From Burkholderiales bacterium (GTDB taxonomy: Bacteria > Pseudomonadota > Gammaproteobacteria > Burkholderiales > SG8-39), in NCBI GenBank assembly GCA_035310985.1, contig DATGDH010000037.1, forward strand, positions 37,382 to 101,381: a DNA stretch of 64,000 nt, given 5' to 3'. Numbering within the stretch: position 1 is the first letter of the stretch; each line of letters starts with the position of its first letter. The translations under genes were made by a program, and so were the position numbers. This document shows positions 15,993 to 31,425 of this stretch, in pieces. The notes beneath the pieces are model-generated. The model did no database searches, was not told the origin of the DNA, and worked only from the letters and a program-made list of their open reading frames with translations.

Positions 15993-16825
15993 GCCGTTTG
16001 CGCCGTGAGCGCTTCGGCGCTCAGCATGATCACCTCGATTTCCTGGGTGATCTCCTCCTGGCGCGAAGCGTTCAGGCGCCGGGCGAGGTTTGCAGTGATC
16101 TCGTCCAGGCGCCTGAGCGCCCCTTCCATCTGCTCGAGCCGCCTGCGGTTCTCCGCGATCAGCGACACCGAGAAGGCCTCCTGCAGCGACATCAGGAGCG
16201 CCTGCTCGAGCAGCCCGGCGAAGAATTCCGGCGGCGCGAGCGTGAGGCGCGGCGCGTAGGCGCGCGGGCGCAGCGGCCGCTCGGGCAGCGGCAGCGGCGC
16301 GATCGTGCGCGTCAGCGGCCCCGAGCCGTCCGGACTCTGGTACACGGCCTTGACGTGCAGCGGCCCGGGCGGAGCGGCGCGTTGCACGCGCTCCAGCTCC
16401 GCGGCCACGCGCTGCAGCACCGCCGGAAGCTCCTCGGCGACGTTCGCGCCCGCGACAAGGCCGCCGCCGTCCGCTTCCTCGAGCCGGTCGGCGAGCCGCG
16501 CGCCGACCGCCACCAGCCGCTCGCCGCGCGCGCGCACCGCGCGTGCCTCGGCTTCCAGCGCCTCGTTGAACTCGCCGCAGAAGCCTCGCTCGGAGCCGAT
16601 GACGATGCATACCGTCGCCGCGGGCGCGGCCTCGCCGGGAGGCGCGTGAAAGCACAGGAAGTCGGCCGCCGCGCGCTCGATCGTCGCCATCGCGCGGCGC
16701 TGGTGCTCGAGCAGCCCGGCGAGCGCGCGCAGCTCCATCAACGCGATGTTCTTCATCGCCGAGAGGATGGCGCGCACCTCGCGCAGGCCCGCGAGCCTGC
16801 CGGCGAGCTGGTGGCGCCGCGTCAT
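15989..16825 (-). CDS. atpG: N-type F1Fo ATPase gamma subunit
   Basis: Start [31 protein letters not shown], with ATGA overlap on the atpA stop (16822-16825). C-terminus [19 protein letters not shown]. Last gene of the operon. Confidence 0.8.
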   Translation of the reverse strand: MTRRHQLAGRLAGLREVRAILSAMKNIALMELRALAGLLEHQRRAMATIERAAADFLCFHAPPGEAAPAATVCIVIGSERGFCGEFNEALEAEARAVRARGERLVAVGARLADRLEEADGGGLVAGANVAEELPAVLQRVAAELERVQRAAPPGPLHVKAVYQSPDGSGPLTRTIAPLPLPERPLRPRAYAPRLTLAPPEFFAGLLEQALLMSLQEAFSVSLIAENRRRLEQMEGALRRLDEITANLARRLNASRQEEITQEIEVIMLSAEALTAQTA

Positions 16826-18303
16826 GCGGGCAGGCCCCCGACCCAGCCTGCCGCCGCCGCGCTCCAGGATTCGCGCGCGTCTTCGAGCGACAGCGCGCCG
16901 GCGCGCGCGCCGGCGAACAGCCGCTCGAGCGCGGTCTCGAGCGCCTTGTCGTCCAGACCCTCGAAGCGCCGGTCGTTGAAGGCAACCAGCCAGGCGAGCT
17001 GGCACTCCGGCGGCAGCGGGCGCAGCGGCTCCTGCTTGAGCACGCGGCGCAGCAGCCGCCCGCGCGCCAGGCGCGCCTGCAGGCCCGCCTCGAGGCGCGA
17101 ACCGAAGCGCGAGAACATCTCCAGCTCGAGAAACTGCAGGTAGTCGAGCTTCATGCTCGCCGCCTCGCGCTTGATCGCGGCGGGCTGCGCCTTGCCGCCG
17201 ATGCGCGACACCGAGCGGCGCACGTCGATCGCCGGCAGCTGCCCGGCGGCGAACATGCGGCGGTCGAAGTACACCTGCCCGTCGGTGATCGAGATCAGGT
17301 TGGTCGGGATGTAGGCGGCAATCTCGCCCTGCTCGGTCTCGACGATCGGCAGCGCGGTCATGCTGCCTCCGCCGTGCGCGGCGTCCAGGCAGGTGGAGCG
17401 CTCGAGCAGGCGCGAGTGCAGGAAGAACACGTCGCCGGGATAGGCCTCGCGCCCCGGCGGGCGCCTGAGCAGCAGCGACAGCTCGCGGTAGATGCGCGCG
17501 TGCGTCGACAGGTCGTCGTACACCACGAGTGTCTGCCGGCCCGCCTCCATCCAGGCCTCGGCGACCGCGCAACCGGCGAACGGCGCCAGGTACTTCAAGC
17601 CCGGCCTGGCGGTCGCCTCCGCCACGACGAGCGCGCTGTATTCGAGCGCACCACCGGCGCGCAGCGTCTCGATGACCGCGGCGACCGTCGAGCGCTTCTG
17701 GCCGATCAGCACGTACACGCAGTTCACCCCGCGCCCCTTCTGCGCCAGCACCGTGTCGAGCGCGAAGCTGGTCTTGCCGGTACCGTTGTCGCCGATCAGC
17801 AGCTGTCGCTGCCCGTGGCCGATCGGAATCATGCTGTCGGCGATGCGGTTGCCGGTGTAAAGCGGCTTGTTGACGAAGTCGCGCGCCAGGATGCGCGGCG
17901 ACGGCCTCTCGAGCGCTCGGCGCTCGGTGGCGCGCGGCCGCACGCCGCCGTCGAGCGGCTGGCCGAGCGGATCGACCACGCGGCCGAGCAGAGCGTCGCC
18001 GACGCCGAGCGCGAGCCTCTGCCCGGTGAGCGCCGCCGGCGCGCCCGCGCGCAGCCCGGGCGCCTCCTCGAGCAGGATCGCGCCGATGCGCTCGGGCGCG
18101 AGGTGGAACACGAGCGCCGTGCTGCCGTCGTCGGTGCGCAGCAACTCTTCCATCCCCGCCGACGGCAGGCCCTCGATCCACGCCACGCCGTCGCCTACGG
18201 AGAGCACGCGACCGCGCTCGCCCATGCGCAGCGCGAGGCGGTAGTCGCGCAGCCGCTCGGCACGGCGCGCGAGGAGCGGCCGCTCGAGCGCCTCAGGCGG
18301 CAC
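16822..18303 (-). CDS. atpA: N-type F1Fo ATPase alpha subunit
   Basis: P-loop [30 protein letters not shown] near the N-terminus. I place the start at GTG 18303, 8 nt downstream of GGGAGG (18317-18312). The upstream part of the track ORF overlaps atpF. Confidence 0.85.
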   Translation of the reverse strand: MPPEALERPLLARRAERLRDYRLALRMGERGRVLSVGDGVAWIEGLPSAGMEELLRTDDGSTALVFHLAPERIGAILLEEAPGLRAGAPAALTGQRLALGVGDALLGRVVDPLGQPLDGGVRPRATERRALERPSPRILARDFVNKPLYTGNRIADSMIPIGHGQRQLLIGDNGTGKTSFALDTVLAQKGRGVNCVYVLIGQKRSTVAAVIETLRAGGALEYSALVVAEATARPGLKYLAPFAGCAVAEAWMEAGRQTLVVYDDLSTHARIYRELSLLLRRPPGREAYPGDVFFLHSRLLERSTCLDAAHGGGSMTALPIVETEQGEIAAYIPTNLISITDGQVYFDRRMFAAGQLPAIDVRRSVSRIGGKAQPAAIKREAASMKLDYLQFLELEMFSRFGSRLEAGLQARLARGRLLRRVLKQEPLRPLPPECQLAWLVAFNDRRFEGLDDKALETALERLFAGARAGALSLEDARESWSAAAAGWVGGLPA

Positions 18304-19042
18304 GCGCGGCACCTCCCGCGAACACGCGCAGCTCGTCGCGCAGGTTCGCCTGGAGCAGCCAGGGCCCGACCGCGACACAAAGCCCGGCAACCAGGGCTTC
18401 GTCCTGCGCGTACTCGGCGCGGCACTCGATGCGCAGGCGCTCGGAGAGCGCGCGCACCAGGCGCGCGCGCGCGGCCTCGGACAGCAGGTGCGCACTCGTC
18501 ACGCTCACGCGCGCGCCGGCGGCGCGCGCCGCCGCGGCGAGCGGGTCGATGCGCTCGGGCGGCCAGCCGGCCAGGTCGGCGGCGAAGACCTCCACCAGGC
18601 GCTCGTCGAGCGCCGGGTCGGCGACGCGCCCGAGCAGCTGCGCGGCGAACGAGCTCGCCTGCTCGAGCGCCTGCTGCTCGGTGTCGCGCTTCCAGTCGGC
18701 TTCGCGCTTCGCCTGCAGTGCCGCGAGCCGGTCGCGCTCGCGCTCGACCGTCTGCGCGACGTCCGCCAGCCCCCGCGCGCGCAAGGCCGCGAGCTCGGAG
18801 TCGAGGGCCGAGCGCGCCTTGAGCCGCTCGCGCTCCCAGTCCGCGAGCCTGCCCTCGAACTGCGCCCGCAGGCGCTCGGCCTCCTCGCGTACGGCCCTGG
18901 CGTCGGCCATCGACTTGTCGATCGCGGCGCGGCGCTTGTCGATCGCCGCGAGCACCGGGCGATAGAGGAACCTGTGCAGGATCCACACCAGCACGACGAA
19001 GTTGACCAGCTGCAGAACGAAGGTGGTGGCGTCGATCTGCAT
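18293..19042 (-). CDS. atpF: N-type F1Fo ATPase b subunit, long form (249 aa)
   Basis: N-terminal TM helix [23 protein letters not shown], then a long charged coiled coil. An extra C-terminal ~90 aa is present ([14 protein letters not shown]...). No separate delta gene in the operon. Confidence 0.75.
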   Translation of the reverse strand: MQIDATTFVLQLVNFVVLVWILHRFLYRPVLAAIDKRRAAIDKSMADARAVREEAERLRAQFEGRLADWERERLKARSALDSELAALRARGLADVAQTVERERDRLAALQAKREADWKRDTEQQALEQASSFAAQLLGRVADPALDERLVEVFAADLAGWPPERIDPLAAAARAAGARVSVTSAHLLSEAARARLVRALSERLRIECRAEYAQDEALVAGLCVAVGPWLLQANLRDELRVFAGGAARAA

Positions 19043-19046
19043 GGCG

Positions 19047-19313
19047 TCACTTGAGCAGGAACTCGAGCAGCGGGTTGCGGAACAGCACGATCAGCACGAT
19101 CACCAGCACGTAGATCGCCAGCGACTCGATCATCGCCAGGCCGATGAACAGCGTGCGCGTGACGGCACGCTCCGATTCGGGCTGGCGCGCGATCGCGTCC
19201 AGCGCCTGCGTGATCGCGCGCCCCATCGCCACGGCGGGCAGCATCACGCCGATGGCCATCGCCAGCAGCGCGCCGGCAGTGGATACGATGACGAGCAGTC
19301 CGGTGGCGGTCAT
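19047..19313 (-). CDS. atpE: N-type F1Fo ATPase c subunit (88 aa)
   Basis: MTATGLLVIVSTAGALLAMAIGV...ARQPE...LFIGLAMIESLAIYVLVIVLIVLF. A hairpin of two TM helices with the carboxylate E in helix 2. ATGA overlap with the atpB stop. Confidence 0.85.
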   Translation of the reverse strand: MTATGLLVIVSTAGALLAMAIGVMLPAVAMGRAITQALDAIARQPESERAVTRTLFIGLAMIESLAIYVLVIVLIVLFRNPLLEFLLK

Positions 19314-19996
19314 GATTTCGACTCCTTTCTTTCCTTGGTGAGCTGTTGGGACTGGATGCCGCCGGCGATGTACACCAGCGCGAGCATGCCGAAGATGTAG
19401 GCCTGCACCAGCGCCTCGACCACGTGCAGGAGCAGGATGGGCACCGGCACCAGGAAGCCCGCGACGAGCAGCACCAGCAGCGCCGCCATCTCGAGGCTGG
19501 CCATGTTGCCGAACAGCCGCACCGCCAGCGCGACGGTGCGCGACAGCTCGCTCATCACATGGAACGGGAACAGGAGCGGGCTCGGCGAGAGGTAGTGCCG
19601 CAGGTAGTCGCGCCAGCCCTCGGCGCGCACGCCGTACCAGTGCACCGACAGGAACACCAGGATGGCGAGCGCCGCTGTGAGCGACAGGTCGCCGGTCGGC
19701 GAATGCAGCCCCGGCACGATGCCGGCCAGGTTGGCCACCACGAGGAACACCCACAGCGTGCCGACGAAAGGCACGAGCATGCGCGGGCGCTGCGGAAACA
19801 CCGCGGCGATCGAGCTCTCGATCGCCAGCACCACGCCTTCGAGCACCGTCTGCAACGCGCCGGGCCGCTCGCCGAGCGCGCGCGTCGCAGCCAGGCTGAA
19901 CAGCGCGAGCGCGAGCATGATGCCCCAGGTGGTGACCACCGCGGCGCTGACGCCGAACGGGCCGACGTGGAACAGGATCTCCGACGTTTCCATCAC
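19310..19996 (-). CDS. atpB: N-type F1Fo ATPase a subunit
   Basis: 228 aa, polytopic. Conserved Arg region LSRTVALAVRLFGNMAS. Start is GTG 19996 (GTGA overlap) or ATG 19993 (TGATG overlap) relative to the atpQ stop. Confidence 0.85.
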   Translation of the reverse strand: MMETSEILFHVGPFGVSAAVVTTWGIMLALALFSLAATRALGERPGALQTVLEGVVLAIESSIAAVFPQRPRMLVPFVGTLWVFLVVANLAGIVPGLHSPTGDLSLTAALAILVFLSVHWYGVRAEGWRDYLRHYLSPSPLLFPFHVMSELSRTVALAVRLFGNMASLEMAALLVLLVAGFLVPVPILLLHVVEALVQAYIFGMLALVYIAGGIQSQQLTKERKESKS

Positions 19997-20276
19997 TGCC
20001 GCTCGCGCACGAAGAGGTACACGTTGACGGCGCCCAGCGCCACGCCGGCGAGCAGCAGGCTGATCGTCCAGCGTACCGAGTAGCCCGCCAGCTGGTCGTC
20101 GATCCAGCGGCCGAGGTAGCCGCCGCCGAGCACCGGCAGGATGAACAGCAGCGCCAGCGTGCCGAGGTAGGCGGTCTGCGCGAGCAGGCCCGGGCGCTCG
20201 CGCTCTGCGCGGCGCATGCGCTCGGCCTGGCGCTCCACCGTCTCGCGCAGCTTCGGTTCGCGCTCGGCGTTCGCCA

Positions 20277-20277
<1 letters not shown>
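19993..20277 (-). CDS. atpQ: AtpQ/AtpZ-like small membrane protein of N-ATPase operons
   Basis: Motif GGGYLGRWIDDQLAGYSVRWTISLLLAGVALGAVNVYLFVRE fits the ATPase_gene1-type pattern. I prefer ATG 20277, which shares 1 nt with the atpC stop (TGATG), over the track start at 20298. Confidence 0.65.
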
Positions 20278-23759
<3,482 letters not shown>

Positions 23760-23825
23760 GCATTCAGTCTGCGCCGCGCCCCCTGCGGGGAGTTGATCTA
23801 ACTCAAGAAAGCGCCCCCGTGACCG

Positions 23826-24596
23826 TCAGCCCGAAGTGCGCTTGACGATCTCTCCCAGCGCGCCGAGCAGGTTGACCGGCACCGGAAACACGATGGTGTT
23901 GCTCTTGTCGCCGGCGATTTCCGTCAGGATCTGCAGGTAGCGCAATTGCATCGCCTCGGGCTGGGTGGCCAGCTTGGCGCCAGCTTGCAGCAGCTTTTCT
24001 GCGGCTTGCGCCTCGCCTTCGGAGTAGATGACCTTCGCGCGCCGCTCGCGCTCGGCCTCGGCCTGGCGCGCGATCGCGCGAATCATCGATTCATTCAGGT
24101 CGACGTGCTTGATCTCGACGTTCGCCACCTTGATCCCCCAAGCGTCGGTCTGCTGGTCGAGCACGGTCTGGATGTCGAGATTGAGCTTGTCTCGCTCGGC
24201 GAGCATCTCGTCCAGCTCGTGCTTGCCGAGCACCGCGCGCAGAGTGGTCTGCGCCAGCTGGCTGGTTGCGCCGAGGAAATCGGCCACCTGGATCACCGCC
24301 CTGGCCGGGTCGACGACGCGGAAGTAAACCACCGCGTTCACCTTGACCGAGACGTTGTCGCGCGAGATCACGTCCTGGCTCGGCACGTCGAGTACCATGG
24401 TGCGCAGGTCCATGCGGACCATCTGCTGGATCCCCGGGATGATGACGACGAGCCCGGGACCCTTGACCTTGTGAAAGCGCCCAAGCATGAAGACGACGCC
24501 GCGCTCGTACTCGCGCAGGATGCGCAGCGACGAGACCACCAGCACGATGACGATGATCAGCGCGCCAAAGCTGAAGCTGAAACCGAAGTTGAACAC
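23826..24596 (-). CDS. SPFH/band-7 (stomatin-like, QmcA/YbbK-type) membrane protein
   Basis: GTG start. N-terminal TM helix [13 protein letters not shown]. Motifs [38 protein letters not shown] and [11 protein letters not shown]. Confidence 0.9.
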   Translation of the reverse strand: MFNFGFSFSFGALIIVIVLVVSSLRILREYERGVVFMLGRFHKVKGPGLVVIIPGIQQMVRMDLRTMVLDVPSQDVISRDNVSVKVNAVVYFRVVDPARAVIQVADFLGATSQLAQTTLRAVLGKHELDEMLAERDKLNLDIQTVLDQQTDAWGIKVANVEIKHVDLNESMIRAIARQAEAERERRAKVIYSEGEAQAAEKLLQAGAKLATQPEAMQLRYLQILTEIAGDKSNTIVFPVPVNLLGALGEIVKRTSG

Positions 24597-24601
24597 GATG
24601 G

Positions 24602-25972
24602 TTACCCTCCGTTGCCGTTACCGGGCTCGGCGATGACGTCGAGCACCAGGCCTTCTATCGCCGTGACGCGCAGCCGCTGGCCCTTGCGCACCGGCGTGCC
24701 CGAGCGCACGCGCCAGTTCTCGCTGTGCACGCGCGCCCAGCCCTCCCCGCTGAAGTCCTCCAGCGCGACGCCGCCCGCGCCGATCAGCTCCTCGCGCCCG
24801 GTCACCACCGGGCGCCTGCGGCCCCTGACCAGCATGCCGACGACGAAGATGAGGAACGCCGCGCTCGCCGCGGCGATGCCGCCGATCAGCGCGTAGGGGA
24901 TCTCGAAGCCGGGCACATCGGTGTCGATGAGGATGATCGAGCCGATGACGAAGGAAATGAGTCCGCCCACGCCGAGCGAGCCGAAGGCGGGCACGAAGGC
25001 CTCGGCGACCATGAACGCGATGCCGAGCAGAATCAACGCCAGCCCGGCGTAGTTCACCGGCAGCAGCTGGAACGCGTACATCGCCAGCAGGATGCAGATC
25101 GCGCCGACCACGCCGGGCAGCACCAGGCCCGGGTTGGAGAACTCGTACAGCACGGCGTAGATGCCGAGCAGCACCAGGATGTAGGCAACGCTCGGGTTGG
25201 TGATCACCCCGAGCAGCCTGGTGCGCCAGCCGACCTCGTAGTTCTCGACTTTCGCGTCCGCCAGGTGCAGCGTGCGCTCGACGCCGCCCGCCGTCACCTT
25301 GCGCCCTTCGAGCTTGGCGAGCAGCGCCGGCACGTTGTCGGCGACGAAGTCGATCACCTTGAGCCGCGCCGCCTCCGCTGAGGGTAGGCTCACCGCCTCG
25401 CGCACCGCGCGCTCGGCCCACTCGGCGTTGCGCCCGCGCAGCTGCGCCAGGCCGCGGATGTAGGCCGAGGCGTCGTGCACCATCTTGTGCTCGAGCGTGC
25501 TGCCGCCCTCCTCGCCCTTGCCCTTTTTCGCGCCCTTCTCCGGCGCGGGAGTGGAAGGCGCGCCGATCGCGATCGGCGTCGCCGCGCCGAGGTTGGTCGC
25601 CGGCGCCATGGCCGCGAAGTGGCTCGCGTACAGGATGTACGTGCCGGCACTCGCGGCGCGCGCGCCCGAGGGCGCGACGTAGGCCGCCACCGGCACCGGA
25701 GAGGCGAGGATGTCCTTGATGATCGAGCGCATCGCGGTGTCCAGTCCGCCCGGGGTGTCCATCTCGAGCACCACGAGCTGCGCGCCGTCCCTGGCCGCGG
25801 CTTCCAGCCCGCGGTGCACGTAGTCCGCGGTCGCCGGCCCGATCGCGCCGTCGATGGTCAGCACCAGCACCGGCGCGGCACGCGCCTGCGCTGCGCCCAG
25901 CAGGAGCGCGGCCAGCACCAGCAGTCTGCGCAGCTCCAACGCCTTCTCCTTGCGCCCTCGTCCCGAGACCAT
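24602..25972 (-). CDS. NfeD-family membrane-bound ClpP-class serine protease
   Basis: Signal [16 protein letters not shown]. ClpP-like domain [15 protein letters not shown]...MDTPGGL...[14 protein letters not shown]. Central TM bundle and C-terminal OB-like domain. Lies 5 nt upstream of the SPFH gene. Confidence 0.85.
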   Translation of the reverse strand: MVSGRGRKEKALELRRLLVLAALLLGAAQARAAPVLVLTIDGAIGPATADYVHRGLEAAARDGAQLVVLEMDTPGGLDTAMRSIIKDILASPVPVAAYVAPSGARAASAGTYILYASHFAAMAPATNLGAATPIAIGAPSTPAPEKGAKKGKGEEGGSTLEHKMVHDASAYIRGLAQLRGRNAEWAERAVREAVSLPSAEAARLKVIDFVADNVPALLAKLEGRKVTAGGVERTLHLADAKVENYEVGWRTRLLGVITNPSVAYILVLLGIYAVLYEFSNPGLVLPGVVGAICILLAMYAFQLLPVNYAGLALILLGIAFMVAEAFVPAFGSLGVGGLISFVIGSIILIDTDVPGFEIPYALIGGIAAASAAFLIFVVGMLVRGRRRPVVTGREELIGAGGVALEDFSGEGWARVHSENWRVRSGTPVRKGQRLRVTAIEGLVLDVIAEPGNGNGG

Positions 25973-26004
25973 AACAATACGCCTCCTCCCGGCATTACGT
26001 ATCC

Positions 26005-29000
26005 GTGAAACCCGAGTCCCTCCCCGCCGAAGCCATCGTCGTACGCGGCGCCCGGCAGAACAACCTGAAGAACCTCTCGCTCGCGATCCCCACGGGGGAG
26101 CTGGTGGTGGTGACCGGGGTGTCGGGCTCGGGCAAGTCTTCGCTGGTCTTCGACACGCTCTACGCGGAGGGCCAGCGGCGCTACGTCGAGACCTTCAGCC
26201 CGTACGCGCGCCAGTTCCTCGACCGCATGGACAAGCCGCAGGTCGACGCGATCGAGGGCATTCCGCCGGCGATCGCCATCGACCAGACCAACCCGGTGCG
26301 CACCTCGCGCTCGACGGTCGGCACGATGACCGAGCTGAACGACCACCTCAAGCTCCTGTACGCGCGCGCCGCGACGCTCTTCTGCCGCGGCTGCGGCAAG
26401 CCGGTGACGCGCGACACGCCCGACTCGGTCTACCGCGTGCTCGAGGAACGCTGCGCGGCGCACGGCGACCCGCGCCTCGCGGTGACCTTTCCCGTGCCGG
26501 TGCCGAAGAGCTTCACGGAGAGCGAGATCGAGCAGCTGCTCGAGCGCCAGGGCTACACGCGCATCCACGCGCGCGCCAAGGGCCTGCTCGAGGTGACGCA
26601 GGACCGCTTCCGCCTCTCGGACGCCGGCCGCGCGCGCGCCATCGAGGCGCTCGAAGCCGCGCTGCGCGTCGGGCAGGGAAAGGTCAACGTCTATCTCGAG
26701 GACGGTACGGCGTGGCGCTTCTCGTCCGACCTGCACTGCCCGGACTGCGACATCCATTACTCCGAGCCGACGCCCGCGGCGTTCTCGTTCAACTCGCCGC
26801 TCGGCGCCTGCGAGACCTGCCGCGGCTTCGGGCGCGTGATCGGCGTCGATTTCGGTCTGGTGATCTCGGACGAAGCGAAGTCCCTGCGCGAGGGCGCGGT
26901 GCGCCCCTGGCAGACCGCGAGCTTCAAGGAATGCCAGGACGACCTGGTCAAGTACGCGAAGAAGCGCGGCATTCCGCTTGATACGCCCTTCCGGGAACTG
27001 AGCTCTTCCCAAAAGGAATGGATTCTCGAAGGAGAAAGCGACTGGGTCAGCTGGAAAAAGAGCTGGCCGGGCACCTGGTACGGCGTGCGGCGCTTCTTCA
27101 AGTGGCTCGAGACGAAGGCCTACAAGATGCACATCCGCGTGCTCTTGTCGAAGTACCGCGCCTACACCGAGTGCACGGCCTGCGGCGGCACGCGCCTCAA
27201 GCCGGACGCGACGCTGTGGCGCATCGGCCCGCACTCGATCCACGACCTGATGCTGCTGCCGATCGGGCGCGTGCGCGAGTTCATGGACGCATTGCGCCTG
27301 CCCGCGCCGGCGGACGAGGCGACCGAGCTGCTGATGGCGGAGATCCGCGCGCGGCTCAGGTTCCTCTGCGAGGTGGGCCTCGCCTACCTCACGCTCGACC
27401 GCCAGTCGCGCACGCTCTCGGGCGGCGAGGTGCAGCGGATCAACCTCACCACCGCGCTCGGCACCTCGCTCGTCAACACGCTGTTCGTGCTCGACGAGCC
27501 CTCGATCGGGCTGCACCCGCGCGACATGGGGCGCGTGATCGAGGTGATGAAGCGCCTGCGCGACGCCGGCAACTCGCTCGTGGTGGTCGAGCACGATCCG
27601 CAGATCATGTTCGCCGCCGACCGCATCCTCGACATGGGGCCCGGCCCGGGCGAGCGCGGCGGCGAGGTGGTGTTCTTCGGTGCGCCGCAGGAATTGAAGC
27701 AGCGGGGCACCCTGACGGCCGATTACCTCTCAGGGCGAAAACGCGCCGGCGAAAGTTTCGTTCAATCTGCCCCCCAGAAGGATTTCATTCGTGTCGAAGG
27801 GGCAAGCGAACACAATCTGAAAGACCTGGACATGTCGATCCCGCTGCAGCGCCTCGTCTGCGTGACAGGCGTGTCGGGATCGGGCAAGTCGACGCTGGTC
27901 GAGGACGTGCTCTGCCGCGCCCTGCTCAAGGCGAAGGGCAAGCCGACCGAGGCGCCCGGCGCGCACCGCGCGCTCTCCGGCGCCGAGAAGATCTCCGAGG
28001 CGGTGCTGGTCGACCAGTCGCCGATCGGCAAGACGACGCGCTCCAACCCGGCGAGCTACGTCGGCGCCTGGGACGCGATCAGGATGCTCTTCGCGCGCGC
28101 GCCGCTCGCGCAGGAGCGCAAGTACACGCCCGGCACCTTCAGCTTCAACGCCGGCAACGGCCGCTGCCCGACCTGCGGCGGCAACGGCTTCGAGCACGTC
28201 GAGATGCAGTTCCTGTCGGACGTGTACCTGCGCTGCCCGGACTGCGACGGCAAGCGGTTCCGCCCCGAGGTGCTCGAGGTCGCGCTGCGCGGCAGGAGCA
28301 TCTCCGACGTGCTCGAGATGACCGTGTCCGAGGCGCTCGCCTTCTTCGCCGGCGAGCGCGAGGTCGAGGCGCGCCTCGCGCCGCTCGCCGAGGTGGGGCT
28401 CGAGTACCTGCGCCTCGGCCAGCCGGTGCCGACGCTCTCGGGCGGCGAGGCGCAGCGCCTCAAGCTCGCCGGCCACCTGCAGCAGGGACCGGGCGCGAAC
28501 AAGCTGTTCCTGTTCGACGAGCCGACCACCGGGCTGCACTTCGACGACGTCGCGAAGCTCCTGCGCGCCCTGCGCCGCCTGCTCGCCGCCGGCCACTCGC
28601 TGGTAGTGATCGAGCACAACCTCGACGTGATGCGCGCCTCCGACTGGCTCATCGACCTCGGGCCCGAGGGCGGCGAGGCCGGCGGCGCGCTGGTGTGCGA
28701 AGGCACGCCCGAGCAAGTGATGCGCCACGCGACTTCGCACACCGCGCGAGCCCTGAGGGAATACGAAAAAGCGTTCACTGAACAGAAACCCCAAACCCGC
28801 GAACCCCAAGCCCGATACCTCGGGCATGCCATCCGCATCCACCACGCGCGCGAGCACAATCTGAAGAACATCGACGTCGAGATCCCGCGCAACCGCTTCA
28901 CCGTGGTGACCGGCGTGTCGGGCTCCGGAAAATCGACGCTCGCCTTCGACATCCTGTTCGCCGAAGGACAGCGCCGCTACCTCGAGTCGCTGAACGCCTA

Positions 29001-31425
29001 TGCGCGCCAGTTCGTGCAGACCGCCGCGCGCCCGGACGTGGACGCGATCTGGGGCATCCCGCCGACGGTGGCGATCGAGCAGCGCACCAGCCGCGGCGGC
29101 AGGAAAAGCACGGTCGGCACGCTGACCGAGATCCACCACTTCCTGAGGCTGCTCTTCGTCAAGCTCGGCACCCAGCACTGCCCGGACTGCCGCGTGCCGA
29201 TCGAGCCGCAGAGCGAGGACGCGATCGCCGCGCGCCTGCTGCGCGAGTACCGCGGCCAGCGCATCGGCCTGCTCGCGCCCCTGGTGACGAACCGCAAGGG
29301 CGTGTACACCGACCTCGCCAAGTGGGCGAAGGCGAAGGGCTACGCGAGCCTGCGCGTAGACGGTGCGTTCCTGCCGGTCGATCCCTTCCCGCGCATCGAC
29401 CGGTTCAAGGAGCACAACATCGAGCTGCCGGTGGCCGACCTGCGCGTCGCACCCGAGAACGAGCGCGCGCTGCGCGCCGCGCTCGCCACCGCACTGGAGC
29501 TCGGCAAGGGCACGGTGCAGGTGCTCTCGGACCTCGACGCGCTGGTGAAGGCCGCGCAGAAAGCGAAGGGCCTGGTCGAGATGGTGCTGCGCCAGGCGCG
29601 CTATTCGACCAAGCGCGCCTGCCCCTCCTGCGGGCGCAGCTTCGCCGAGCCCGATCCGCGCCTGTTCTCCTACAACTCGAAGCACGGCTGGTGCCCGGCC
29701 TGCTACGGCACGGGGCTCAAGCTCGCCGAGGTCGGCTGGACGGACGAGCGCGCGCGCACCGGCACGGAGGACCACGTGCTCGACTCGTGGATCGAGTGGC
29801 TCGAGGTCGACGAGCCCTGCCCGGCCTGCGCGGGCCGGCGGCTCAACCCCGAGGCGCTCGCGGTCACCTGGCGCGGAAAGTCGATCGCCGACTACGGCGC
29901 GCAGCCGGTCGCGGATCTCGCAACGCAATTCGCCGGCGTTGCCCTCGAAGGCCGCGAGCGGGAGATCGCGCGCGACCTCGTCGCCGAGCTGACGAGCCGC
30001 CTCGGCTTCCTCGGCGAGGTCGGCCTCGGGTATCTCTCGCTCGACCGCTCGGCGCCGACGCTCTCGGGGGGCGAAGCGCAGAGGATCCGGCTGGCCGCGC
30101 AGCTCGGCTCGAACCTGCGCGGCGTGTGCTATATCCTGGACGAGCCGACCATCGGGCTGCATGCGCGCGACAACCGCATCCTGCTCGACGTGCTCGAGAA
30201 GCTCGAGGCGAAGGGCAACACGCTGGTGGTGGTCGAGCACGACGAGGAGACGATCCGCCGGGCGCACCACGTGCTCGACCTCGGCCCGGGCGCGGGCAAG
30301 CTCGGCGGGCGGGTGATCGGCGAGGGCACCGCCGAGGCGCTGATGGCGCTGCCCGATTCGGTCACCGGACGGTTCCTCGCGCATCCGCTCAGGCATCCGC
30401 TGCAGCCGCGCCGTCCCGTCAGCGAGAGAGCGGCTTCCGTTCAAATCAAGAAAGCCTCTCTGCACAATCTGGCGCAAATCGACCTGCGCGTGCCGCTCGG
30501 GCGGCTGGTGTGCGTGACCGGCGTGTCGGGCTCGGGCAAGTCGACGCTGGCGCGCGACGTGCTCTTGAGGAGCCTGCAGGAAGGCGCGCCGGTCGGCTGC
30601 AGGGAGGTGAAGGGCGCGCTCGAGCGCGTGCTCGAGGTCGATCAGACGCCGATCGGCAAGACTCCGCGCTCCTGTCCCGCGACCTACGTCGGCTTCTGGG
30701 ATTCGGTGCGCAAGCTGTTCGCCGACACGAGCGAGGCGCGCATGCGCGGCTGGACGCCTAGCCGCTTCTCGTTCAACACCAAGGGCGGCCGCTGCGAGTC
30801 CTGCGAGGGCCAGGGGCTGAAGACGATCGAGATGTCCTTCCTGCCCGACGTCAAGGTGGCCTGCGAAGCCTGCGGCGGCGCGCGATTCAACCCCGAGACG
30901 CTCGCGCTGCGCTGGCGCGGCAAGACGATCGGCGAGGTGCTCGCCATGAGCGTCGACGAGGCGCTCGCGTTCTTCGCCGCGCACCCCTCGATCCACAAGG
31001 CGCTGGGGCTGCTGCAGGACGTCGGCCTGGGCTACCTCACGCTCGGCCAGCAGAGTCCGACGCTCTCGGGCGGCGAAGCGCAGCGGATCAAGCTGGTCAC
31101 CGAGCTCTCCAAGGTGCGCAGCGAGACGCGCACGCTGTACGTGCTCGACGAGCCGACCGTCGGGCTGCACATGGCGGACGTGGAGAAGCTGATCCGCGTG
31201 CTGCACCGGCTGGTCGACGCGGGCAACAGCGTGCTGGTGATCGAGCACAACCTGGACGTGATCGCCGAGGCCGACTGGATCGTCGACCTGGGCCCCGAGG
31301 GCGGCGCGGGCGGCGGGCGCATCGTGTTCCAGGGCGCGCCCGAGGACGCCGCGCAAGCCGACTCGCACACCGCGCGCGTGCTGTCGGCCTTCCTCGCCGA
31401 GCGCGGCGCGCATGCTCGACATTGA
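26005..31425 (+). CDS. tandem UvrA-UvrA fusion protein (1806 aa, four ABC ATPase modules, six Cys4 zinc modules)
   Basis: GTG start. Four intact GVSGSGKS Walker A motifs at 26116-26139, 27868-27891, 28912-28935 and 30520-30543. Four LSGGE(V/A)QR signatures. Second UvrA-like unit begins near 28800 after the linker [18 protein letters not shown]. Confidence 0.9.
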   Translation: MKPESLPAEAIVVRGARQNNLKNLSLAIPTGELVVVTGVSGSGKSSLVFDTLYAEGQRRYVETFSPYARQFLDRMDKPQVDAIEGIPPAIAIDQTNPVRTSRSTVGTMTELNDHLKLLYARAATLFCRGCGKPVTRDTPDSVYRVLEERCAAHGDPRLAVTFPVPVPKSFTESEIEQLLERQGYTRIHARAKGLLEVTQDRFRLSDAGRARAIEALEAALRVGQGKVNVYLEDGTAWRFSSDLHCPDCDIHYSEPTPAAFSFNSPLGACETCRGFGRVIGVDFGLVISDEAKSLREGAVRPWQTASFKECQDDLVKYAKKRGIPLDTPFRELSSSQKEWILEGESDWVSWKKSWPGTWYGVRRFFKWLETKAYKMHIRVLLSKYRAYTECTACGGTRLKPDATLWRIGPHSIHDLMLLPIGRVREFMDALRLPAPADEATELLMAEIRARLRFLCEVGLAYLTLDRQSRTLSGGEVQRINLTTALGTSLVNTLFVLDEPSIGLHPRDMGRVIEVMKRLRDAGNSLVVVEHDPQIMFAADRILDMGPGPGERGGEVVFFGAPQELKQRGTLTADYLSGRKRAGESFVQSAPQKDFIRVEGASEHNLKDLDMSIPLQRLVCVTGVSGSGKSTLVEDVLCRALLKAKGKPTEAPGAHRALSGAEKISEAVLVDQSPIGKTTRSNPASYVGAWDAIRMLFARAPLAQERKYTPGTFSFNAGNGRCPTCGGNGFEHVEMQFLSDVYLRCPDCDGKRFRPEVLEVALRGRSISDVLEMTVSEALAFFAGEREVEARLAPLAEVGLEYLRLGQPVPTLSGGEAQRLKLAGHLQQGPGANKLFLFDEPTTGLHFDDVAKLLRALRRLLAAGHSLVVIEHNLDVMRASDWLIDLGPEGGEAGGALVCEGTPEQVMRHATSHTARALREYEKAFTEQKPQTREPQARYLGHAIRIHHAREHNLKNIDVEIPRNRFTVVTGVSGSGKSTLAFDILFAEGQRRYLESLNAYARQFVQTAARPDVDAIWGIPPTVAIEQRTSRGGRKSTVGTLTEIHHFLRLLFVKLGTQHCPDCRVPIEPQSEDAIAARLLREYRGQRIGLLAPLVTNRKGVYTDLAKWAKAKGYASLRVDGAFLPVDPFPRIDRFKEHNIELPVADLRVAPENERALRAALATALELGKGTVQVLSDLDALVKAAQKAKGLVEMVLRQARYSTKRACPSCGRSFAEPDPRLFSYNSKHGWCPACYGTGLKLAEVGWTDERARTGTEDHVLDSWIEWLEVDEPCPACAGRRLNPEALAVTWRGKSIADYGAQPVADLATQFAGVALEGREREIARDLVAELTSRLGFLGEVGLGYLSLDRSAPTLSGGEAQRIRLAAQLGSNLRGVCYILDEPTIGLHARDNRILLDVLEKLEAKGNTLVVVEHDEETIRRAHHVLDLGPGAGKLGGRVIGEGTAEALMALPDSVTGRFLAHPLRHPLQPRRPVSERAASVQIKKASLHNLAQIDLRVPLGRLVCVTGVSGSGKSTLARDVLLRSLQEGAPVGCREVKGALERVLEVDQTPIGKTPRSCPATYVGFWDSVRKLFADTSEARMRGWTPSRFSFNTKGGRCESCEGQGLKTIEMSFLPDVKVACEACGGARFNPETLALRWRGKTIGEVLAMSVDEALAFFAAHPSIHKALGLLQDVGLGYLTLGQQSPTLSGGEAQRIKLVTELSKVRSETRTLYVLDEPTVGLHMADVEKLIRVLHRLVDAGNSVLVIEHNLDVIAEADWIVDLGPEGGAGGGRIVFQGAPEDAAQADSHTARVLSAFLAERGAHARH

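Noticed and set aside
16822-18495. Track start of atpA at 18495, and the 730-aa ORF 15989..18181
   Set aside because: The first 64 codons of the atpA track ORF overlap the atpF coding sequence. The 730-aa ORF is the atpG frame extended upstream through atpA in an off-frame. Real starts were assigned from subunit N-terminal homology and overlap junctions.
23760-23825. Possible terminator or promoter between the SPFH gene and phaC
   Set aside because: Only weak 4-bp stems (cccc-gca-gggg) are present, with no T-run and no recognisable -35/-10 pair. I cannot support either call from sequence alone.
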